Shown here one piece after another: positions 43,659 to 50,156 of a stretch of DNA of 50,156 nt (the stretch's first letter is position 1; each line of letters opens with the position of its first letter). Under the pieces are notes generated by a model. That model did not search any database. It worked only from the letters and a program-made list of their open reading frames with translations, and had not been told where the DNA came from. The translations under genes were made by a program, and so were the position numbers. This DNA comes from Nitrospinota bacterium (GTDB lineage Bacteria > Nitrospinota_A > UBA7883 > JACRGQ01): contig JACQBU010000026.1 in NCBI GenBank assembly GCA_016194375.1, positions 1-50,156 of the forward strand. Direction: 5' to 3'.

Positions 43659-45758
43659 ATGAAGAAAATCTGGTTGTTGTCCCTTCTTGCGGCGTGGCCC
43701 GCGGTTTTTTCGTGCGCCACCGACCGGGCGGAACCCAGGGGCGTCGTGCGCGAAGGCGGGACCTTCATCACGAACCTCTCCCCCGTCGAAAGAAACGGCG
43801 CCCTCGAGCTCACCATCGAGGCGAGCGGCAAGATGCAGTACACGGTGTTCAAGCTCGACAACCCGAGGCGGGTGGTGATAGACGCGCCCTCGGCGGACGC
43901 GTCGGCCTTCCTCGCCCCGATAAGCCTCTCGAAGGGGGTCGCCACCAAGGTGGAGGCGCATTATTTCCCAAAGACCGGCGACTCGAGGATAGAAATATTC
44001 GTCAAGGACTCCGTGGAGGCCACGGTGAACCGATTGACCGAGAACAAGGTCGTGGCCCTCATCGGCCCGTCCGCGGCCGCCACGGCGGAGTCGGCGGCGG
44101 GCGTCCCCGGCGGGACGGAGATATCCGGGATTGACCTGCACCAAGAGTCCGGCATGACCCGCATAACGATACCGTTTAAGGGGGACAAGCCGAAATTCGA
44201 GCTAATAAAAAGGCGGGAGCTGAACCGCATAACGCTGGAGATATCCAACGCAAGGATAAAAAAGGCCGACGAGAAGACGATACCCGTCGAGGCCGAGGAG
44301 TCTCCCGTCAAGGACGCGGCGGTGTTCCAGTTCTCCGCCGTTCCGCCCAAGGTCAAGGTGGCGGTCAACTTGTCCGAGTACACCTCGTCCAACGCCTTCG
44401 TCAAGGGGGACAACCTGGTGCTGGACATAGGTCCCGACGCGGTTCTAGCCTCCGCGTCCGAATTCAAGGAGGTCAAAAAGGGCCCCAAGCCGGGGGAGAT
44501 TTCCAAAAAGGAAAAACAGCCGGGCGATTACGAGGGGCGCAAGGTCTCGCTTGATTTCCAAGGGGCCGACGTGCACAACATCCTCAGGATATTGGCGGAG
44601 GTGGGCGGCATAAACATCATCAGCTCCGAGAAGGTGCAGGGCAAGGTCACGATGAAGCTGGCCGACGTCCCTTGGGACATGGCCCTTGAGATAATCCTAA
44701 AGAACAACCAGCTCGCCATGATCCGCACGGGTAACATAATAAGGGTGGCCACCGCCGACGAAATAGCCAAGGAAAGGGAAAACCTGGCGGCGAGCCAGTC
44801 AACGGTCGAAAAGGTTGAGCCGTTGTACCTCAAGGTTTTTCCGGTCAATTACGAGTCCTCGAAGCTGTTGAAGGCCAACCTGGAGGCCGTGAAGACCGTC
44901 CGGGGCGCGATAGATGTCAACGAGAGGACGAACACGCTGATAATAAGGGACACCAAGGAGAAGCTGGCGGAGATGGAAAAGCTCATCAGCGTGCTTGACA
45001 AGCGCACCGTGCAGGTGCTCATAGAGGCCAGGATAGTCGAGGTTACAAGGACGTCCGCCCTACAGCTCGGCATCAAATGGGGCGGCTCCTACACCCCGCC
45101 CGCCGGCTCGCTCGGGCTCCCGGGCACCGTGGGCTTAAGCGGCCTGACGTCCGGAGCGGCGGCGAGCGCGACTTCGTTGGCCGGCGGAATCGTAAGCCTC
45201 GCCCCGGCGGGCGCGCCCACCGGCGCGCTCGGAATAAAGTTCGGGAGCATTGACGGCACCGCGGCTTTGGACATGCAGTTGATGGCGCTCGAAAACGACG
45301 GCCAGGGCCGGGTGATCTCTATGCCCAAAATATCCACGATGAACAACATAGAGGCGGTGATTGAAAGCGGAGAACAAATACCCTACCAGACCACGTCCGC
45401 CTCGGGCACGCAAACGCAGTTCAAAAACGCGTCGCTTGTCCTGAAGGTCACCCCCCACGCCACGGAGAACAACCTCATCAGGCTGGACATAGAGGCGAAC
45501 AAGGACGAGCCGGACTTTGCCAACCAGTTGCCGAACTCGCCCCCCCCGATCCTCACCAAGCACGCCAAGACGGTCGTGCTCATCAAGGACGGCGACACGA
45601 CGGTCATAGGCGGTTTGTTCACGGAGACGACAAACGAGACGAGGGCGAGGGTTCCGTTTTTCGCGAACATCCCACTACTGGGGTATCTGTTTAAAAACAA
45701 GGCCACGTCTGACCACAACGGGGAACTGTTGATATTTATAACTCCTAAGGTCTTATAG
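43659..45758 (+). CDS. pilQ: Type IV pilus secretin PilQ (AMIN domains + secretin)
   Basis: A signal peptide and two AMIN-like repeats are followed by N0/N1 domains and the secretin core, ending …VPFFANIPLLGYLFKNKATSDHNGELLIFITPKVL. Confidence 0.92.
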   Translation: MKKIWLLSLLAAWPAVFSCATDRAEPRGVVREGGTFITNLSPVERNGALELTIEASGKMQYTVFKLDNPRRVVIDAPSADASAFLAPISLSKGVATKVEAHYFPKTGDSRIEIFVKDSVEATVNRLTENKVVALIGPSAAATAESAAGVPGGTEISGIDLHQESGMTRITIPFKGDKPKFELIKRRELNRITLEISNARIKKADEKTIPVEAEESPVKDAAVFQFSAVPPKVKVAVNLSEYTSSNAFVKGDNLVLDIGPDAVLASASEFKEVKKGPKPGEISKKEKQPGDYEGRKVSLDFQGADVHNILRILAEVGGINIISSEKVQGKVTMKLADVPWDMALEIILKNNQLAMIRTGNIIRVATADEIAKERENLAASQSTVEKVEPLYLKVFPVNYESSKLLKANLEAVKTVRGAIDVNERTNTLIIRDTKEKLAEMEKLISVLDKRTVQVLIEARIVEVTRTSALQLGIKWGGSYTPPAGSLGLPGTVGLSGLTSGAAASATSLAGGIVSLAPAGAPTGALGIKFGSIDGTAALDMQLMALENDGQGRVISMPKISTMNNIEAVIESGEQIPYQTTSASGTQTQFKNASLVLKVTPHATENNLIRLDIEANKDEPDFANQLPNSPPPILTKHAKTVVLIKDGDTTVIGGLFTETTNETRARVPFFANIPLLGYLFKNKATSDHNGELLIFITPKVL

Positions 45759-45769
45759 GTGAGGATGCC

Positions 45770-46183
45770 ATGATGAAAAAAACCAGCCTTGCTTCGCTTG
45801 TTTTCGCGGTCGCGCTTCTTTTGGGCGCATGCGGCAAAAACCCGAACAGTTCGGTGACGTTCGGGCCGTCCTCGAAAACTTCCCCGTCGGGATACACGTT
45901 CGATGTGGAGCTTTCCCAAACCGTCATCTCAGCCCTATCCTCCGGAGGGGTTATCCACATAAGGGTCCACGTTTGGACCGATGGCGGAGGCGCCGCTGTT
46001 AACGTGCCGATATTTATTGGGGGGGACGTAACGGCGCCAACCGCCTCCTTTGTGACAGACAGCCAGGGATTCGAATACATAATGCTTACCTCGACCACCA
46101 ACGTAACCGCCGGCCATACGGGAAGAGTGACGATAACGGTCGAGAATCAGACCGTCATGGGTGCCTATCAGGTTGTTCCTTAA
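45770..46183 (+). CDS. Small lipoprotein of unknown function
   Basis: MMKKTSLASLVFAVALLLGAC has a lipobox (LGAC). The 137-aa beta-rich sequence lies between pilQ and aroB. Confidence 0.6.
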   Translation: MMKKTSLASLVFAVALLLGACGKNPNSSVTFGPSSKTSPSGYTFDVELSQTVISALSSGGVIHIRVHVWTDGGGAAVNVPIFIGGDVTAPTASFVTDSQGFEYIMLTSTTNVTAGHTGRVTITVENQTVMGAYQVVP

Positions 46184-46186
46184 TTA

Positions 46187-47269
46187 GTGCGTAACCACCT
46201 TAAGGTAAACCTTCGGGAGAGGTCGTACCCCATATTCATAGGCGGCGGCCTCCTGAAGGAGGCCGGTTCGCTCCTTCGTCGCGTCTCCAAAGCCCCCAAG
46301 GTTTGCATCGTGACGAACGCCGCCGTGAACCGATTGTACGGCGGCGCGCTCTCGGCCTCGCTTAAGAGGGGGGGATTCGGGGTCGTCACGACCCTGCTCG
46401 GGGACGGCGAGCGCTTCAAAAACCTTAAAAACGTCGAAAAAATATACGCGGCCCTCTACCGGGCCGGGTTCGACAGGTCGGATGCCGTGCTGGCTCTCGG
46501 CGGCGGGGTCGTCGGCGACATGGCCGGCTTCGCGGCCGCCACCTACATGCGGGGCGTCGACCTCATCCAGTTCCCCACGACCCTGCTCGCGCAGGTGGAC
46601 AGCTCCGTCGGCGGCAAGACCGGCGTGGATTTTCTCAAGGGGAAGAACATGGTGGGCGCGTTTTATCAGCCCAAGCTCGTCGTCTGCGACCCGGACGTTC
46701 TTAAAACCCTGCCGAGGCGCGAGTACCTTTGCGGCCTGGCCGAGGTCGTAAAGTACGGGGCGATAAAAAACGAAAGATTTTTCTCCTGGCTCGAAAAATC
46801 GGCCGACTCGATGCTCGACGGGGACGAGGGGGCCCTCGGAAAGGCCGTCCTTGAGTCATGCCGCGTGAAGGCGGGAGTCGTCGAAAGGGACGAGAAAGAA
46901 TCCGGGGAAAGGGCTATACTTAACTTCGGGCACACGTTCGGACACGGGCTCGAGACGGCGCTGAACTTCAGGAGGCTGAAGCACGGCGAGGCGGTGGCCG
47001 TGGGGATGGCCATGGCGGCGCGGCTGTCGCGCATTCTCGGGCTTTTGGACGCGAACTCGGAAAAAAGGGTCGAAAATCTGCTTTCGAGGCTCGGCCTTCC
47101 GGTTTCGCCCCCGGCCGGGGTCTCGGCGGCGGAGGTCCTAAGGGGCATGGAGCACGACAAAAAAATACTCTCCGGCAGGCTTCGGTTCGTCGTGATCGAC
47201 AAAATAGGCCGGGCGTTCGTGCGGGAAGGGGTTTCGAAGGAGATGGTGTTATCCGCTTGCGGGGGTTGA
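46187..47269 (+). CDS. aroB: 3-dehydroquinate synthase
   Basis: GTG start. …ALGGGVVGDMAGFAAATYMRGV…, …DSSVGGKTGV… and …NFGHTFGHGLE… are present. Confidence 0.92.
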   Translation: MRNHLKVNLRERSYPIFIGGGLLKEAGSLLRRVSKAPKVCIVTNAAVNRLYGGALSASLKRGGFGVVTTLLGDGERFKNLKNVEKIYAALYRAGFDRSDAVLALGGGVVGDMAGFAAATYMRGVDLIQFPTTLLAQVDSSVGGKTGVDFLKGKNMVGAFYQPKLVVCDPDVLKTLPRREYLCGLAEVVKYGAIKNERFFSWLEKSADSMLDGDEGALGKAVLESCRVKAGVVERDEKESGERAILNFGHTFGHGLETALNFRRLKHGEAVAVGMAMAARLSRILGLLDANSEKRVENLLSRLGLPVSPPAGVSAAEVLRGMEHDKKILSGRLRFVVIDKIGRAFVREGVSKEMVLSACGG

Positions 47270-47273
47270 CGAA

Positions 47274-48686
47274 ATGACGGATTACAAACGCGACATAACG
47301 ATCGATTATTCCAACGTGATGGAGGAGGCGGTCGGCCCCGAACACGGAATAAGCCAGGGCGAGCTCGAGCTCCTTCGCCCCAGGGCCGCGGAGGTCCACA
47401 AATGGCTCGCCGGGCTCAAGGAGAAGGGCGAGATAGGCTTCTTTAAGCTCCACGAGGCCGACACGACCAAGATAAAAAAATACGCCGCCCGAGTGCGCGA
47501 ACGATACGAAAACTTCGTGGTGCTGGGAATCGGCGGCTCCGCGCTAGGGGCGTCGGCCATAAACGGCGCGGTGGGCCGGAATTTCGCCCCGCTCCTCACG
47601 AAACGCAAGCGCGACGGCTACCCCCGCCTTTTCGTCGCCGACAACATAGACCCCGACAATTTCGGCCAGCTCCTTTCGGCGCTCGACCCGAAAAAGACCA
47701 TCTTCAACGTCGTCTCCAAGTCCGGCGCGACCGCCGAGACGATGAGCCAGTTCATGGTCGTCTTCGGGATGCTGGAAAAGAAGCTCAAGGGGAAGTGGAA
47801 AAAGAGGGTCGTGGTCACCACCGACCCGGCCAAGGGGGTTTTGCGCGAAATCGTGAACGAACACAAGCTGGACTCGTTCGAGGTCCCGCCCAACGTGGGC
47901 GGGCGGTTTTCCGTGGGGTCGGCCGTCGGGCTCCTGCCGCTGGCCTGCGCCGGGGTCGACGTCGACGCGCTTCTCGCGGGGTCGGCGCGGATGGCCGAGC
48001 GCACCCGGTCGGACGACATAACGGGGAACCCCGCGTACCTCTTTTCGGCCGTCATGCACGTGGCCGACGTGAAAAAGCGAAAGCCGATGGTCGTCATGAT
48101 GCCGTACTCGTCCCGGCTTTACGGCATGGCGGACTGGTTCGCACAGCTCTGGGCCGAAAGCCTGGGCAAAAGGACGACCCGCGGCGGGAGCGTGGTCCAC
48201 GCCGGCCAGACGCCGATAAAGGCGCTGGGGGCGACTGACCAGCACTCGCAGGTCCAGCTGTACGTGGAGGGGCCGTTCGACAAGATATTCGCCTTCCTGG
48301 AGGTGGAAAAATTTGACTCGGAATTGAGGATTCCGTCGGTTTTCGGAAAAAGGCCGGAGACGTCGTACCTTGCCGGTTCCACCATGAACGAGCTTCTTAA
48401 CATAGAGCTTCAGGGGACGAAATACGCCCTCACGATTCATAACAGGCCGAACCTGACCATAAAACTGCCCGAGATAAGCGCCCACACGGTGGGACAGCTC
48501 GTCTATATGCTCGAGCTTTCCACCGCCTTTTCAGGCGGGCTTTACGACGTAAACCCGTTCGACCAGCCGGGGGTGGAGTTCGGAAAAAATTTCGCGTACG
48601 CGATGATGGGCAAGGAGGGATATTCCGGACTGAAGGCGGAAATCACGGCGAAATTGAAGGACTCCAAACGCCGGACGGTCGAATAA
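47274..48686 (+). CDS. pgi: Glucose-6-phosphate isomerase
   Basis: …FVVLGIGGSALGA…, …SKSGATAET…, …GGRFSV… and …DQHSQVQLY… are present. Length is 470 aa. Confidence 0.9.
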   Translation: MTDYKRDITIDYSNVMEEAVGPEHGISQGELELLRPRAAEVHKWLAGLKEKGEIGFFKLHEADTTKIKKYAARVRERYENFVVLGIGGSALGASAINGAVGRNFAPLLTKRKRDGYPRLFVADNIDPDNFGQLLSALDPKKTIFNVVSKSGATAETMSQFMVVFGMLEKKLKGKWKKRVVVTTDPAKGVLREIVNEHKLDSFEVPPNVGGRFSVGSAVGLLPLACAGVDVDALLAGSARMAERTRSDDITGNPAYLFSAVMHVADVKKRKPMVVMMPYSSRLYGMADWFAQLWAESLGKRTTRGGSVVHAGQTPIKALGATDQHSQVQLYVEGPFDKIFAFLEVEKFDSELRIPSVFGKRPETSYLAGSTMNELLNIELQGTKYALTIHNRPNLTIKLPEISAHTVGQLVYMLELSTAFSGGLYDVNPFDQPGVEFGKNFAYAMMGKEGYSGLKAEITAKLKDSKRRTVE

Positions 48687-48689
48687 CCA

Positions 48690-50156
48690 ATGAGGCCTTT
48701 TCTTGGGGCGATTAGCGAGCGCGTGGTCGTCGCCGACGGGGCGATGGGCACCTACCTTTATTCAAAAGGGGAGTACATAACCCATTCCTGGGAACAGTTG
48801 AGCCTCACGAGGCCGGACCTAGTGCGGGCGGTCCACAGGGAATACATCGCCGCCGGCGCCGACATGATAGAAACCAACTCCTTCGGGGCGAACCGGTTCC
48901 GGCTCTCGAGGTACGGGCTGGAGCAGTCCGTGAGGGAGATAAACCTGTCCGCGGCCAGGGACGCCGTGTACGAGGCGCGGGGCGGGGTTTACGTCGCCGG
49001 CTCCATCGGGCCGCTCGGCGTGAGCCTCGCCCCCATCGGCTCCGTAAAAAAGGAGGACGCCTCCGCCGCCTTCGAGGAGCAGGCGTCGGCGCTGGTCGAG
49101 GGCGGGGTGGACGCGATAATTTTGGAGACGTTCACAAGCGTCGAGGAGCTTGAGCTGGCGGTCGCGGCGGCGCGGAAGGCCGGCGGCGGCATCCCTATCA
49201 TCGCGCAGATGAGCTTCAACGAGGACGGCATGACGGCGATGGGGGACCCTGCCGAGAAGGTCGCGCGCATTCTGGACTCGCTTCCGGTCGACGTCATAGG
49301 GGCGAATTGTTCCATCGGCCCCGCGGCGATGCTGGACATAGCGCCGAAACTGCTTTCCGGCACGAGGAAGCCGGTTTCGGCAATGCCCAACGCCGGATAC
49401 CCGCGAATGCACGAGGGGAGGATGATATACATGACCACCCCGGAGTACCTCGAGACCTACGCAAAGCGGCTTCTGCGAACCGGGGTGAGGCTCATCGGCG
49501 GCTGTTGCGGAACCACCCCGGCCCACATTCGCGCCGTCCATCACGCCGTTCGGGCGTTGTCACCGGCCCGCGTCGAAATCGAGACGAAGGAGGTCAGGCC
49601 GGAGGAGGCCGTCGCGCCGGTCCCCACCGCGGAGAAATCCGCGTTCGCAAAAAAAATCGCGGACGGCAAGTTCGTCACCTGCGTAGAGATACTGCCCCCC
49701 AAGGGGTCGGATCCTGCGAAGGTGCTGGAGACCGCCAAAAAACTGAGGGAGGCGGGAGTCGACGCCTGCAACATACCGGACGGCCCCAGGGCCTCCGCCC
49801 GAATGAGCCCGATGTCGCTGGCCGCGCTCATACGCCAAAATTCCGGCGCCGACCCGGTTTTGCACTACACGTGCAGGGACAGGAACATCCTCGGCATGCA
49901 GTCCGACCTTCTGGGCGCGCACGCCATCGGCCTGCGGGACATACTGGCGGTCACGGGCGACCCGCCCAAGCTGGGGAACTATCCCGACGCCACCGCGGTG
50001 TACGACGTCGACGCGGTGGGGCTCGTGAAGATAATAAACAACCTCAACCACGGCCTGGACGTCGCGGGCAACCGCATCGGCGCCCCGACGGCGATACACG
50101 TCGGCGTCGGCGTCAACCCCGCCGCGATAAACATCGAGGAGGAGGTCTCCCGACTA
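48690..50156 (+). CDS. Bifunctional homocysteine S-methyltransferase / 5,10-methylenetetrahydrofolate reductase (YitJ-like), 3'-truncated by the window edge
   Basis: Not in the ORF track because it has no stop. I translated from the ATG at 48690 through 50156 (489 codons) without finding a stop. The sequence reads MRPFLGAISERVVVADGAMGTYL…ETNSFGAN…GANCSIGP…IGGCCGTTPAHI (Hcy-binding domain), then …FVTCVEILPPKG…HYTCRDRN…AVTGDPP (MTHFR domain). Confidence 0.85.
   Translation, partial: MRPFLGAISERVVVADGAMGTYLYSKGEYITHSWEQLSLTRPDLVRAVHREYIAAGADMIETNSFGANRFRLSRYGLEQSVREINLSAARDAVYEARGGVYVAGSIGPLGVSLAPIGSVKKEDASAAFEEQASALVEGGVDAIILETFTSVEELELAVAAARKAGGGIPIIAQMSFNEDGMTAMGDPAEKVARILDSLPVDVIGANCSIGPAAMLDIAPKLLSGTRKPVSAMPNAGYPRMHEGRMIYMTTPEYLETYAKRLLRTGVRLIGGCCGTTPAHIRAVHHAVRALSPARVEIETKEVRPEEAVAPVPTAEKSAFAKKIADGKFVTCVEILPPKGSDPAKVLETAKKLREAGVDACNIPDGPRASARMSPMSLAALIRQNSGADPVLHYTCRDRNILGMQSDLLGAHAIGLRDILAVTGDPPKLGNYPDATAVYDVDAVGLVKIINNLNHGLDVAGNRIGAPTAIHVGVGVNPAAINIEEEVSRL

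Noticed and set aside
47544-48485. 313-aa minus-strand ORF antisense to pgi
   Set aside because: Shadow frame. The pgi motifs on the + strand are unambiguous.
1-50156. CRISPR arrays, tRNA/rRNA genes, and sigma-54 (TGGCAC-N5-TTGC) promoters
   Set aside because: Scanning by eye found no regularly spaced direct-repeat array, no cloverleaf-compatible intergenic segment (T-loop GTTCRAnnC) and no convincing -24/-12 element. The few TGGCA(C/T) occurrences lack a correctly spaced TTGC and lie inside genes.

Overview
High-GC (about 60% or more by eye) chromosomal segment from a diderm bacterium, shown by LpxK, a PilMNOPQ secretin apparatus and a sigma-54 (GAFTGA) activator. It is probably a metagenome-assembled genome of an uncultured lineage. 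I count about 45 genes, mostly tightly packed and often translationally coupled (ATGA/TTGA overlaps). Housekeeping calls: pcm, bioB-bioF, ruvB, lpxK, pyrE, hisG, tsaC, thrS, topA, aroB, pgi, and a 3'-truncated homocysteine-methyltransferase/MTHFR fusion that is missing from the ORF track.

Most notable content:
1. An hgcA-hgcB mercury-methylation pair (16118-17338, minus strand). The cap-helix motif is atypical (NVWCAAGE) and the hgcA frame is broken.
2. A six-gene hexosamine-nucleotide operon (6378-14771) with two GlmS paralogs, two uridylyltransferase modules and two LbH acetyltransferase modules. One GlmS has Ser instead of the catalytic Cys1. GlmU appears split into separate genes.
3. A Clp1-like P-loop polynucleotide-kinase domain fused to an RNase-Z-like metallo-beta-lactamase domain (1365-3320).
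4. A low-GC islet (about 14780-16100) with two HNH-type nuclease genes, wedged between the sugar operon and hgcAB.
5. A switch-like double-hairpin repeat present twice (1163-1210 and 36747-36797), plus other palindromic repeats.
6. Four genes with broken reading frames (hgcA, an NCS2-like permease, topA, pilP). In topA about 65-75 codons, including the universal TSTLQQ region, appear to be missing.

The broken frames point to assembly or indel problems, or to real decay, and should be checked against reads. I saw no rRNA, tRNA or CRISPR array.
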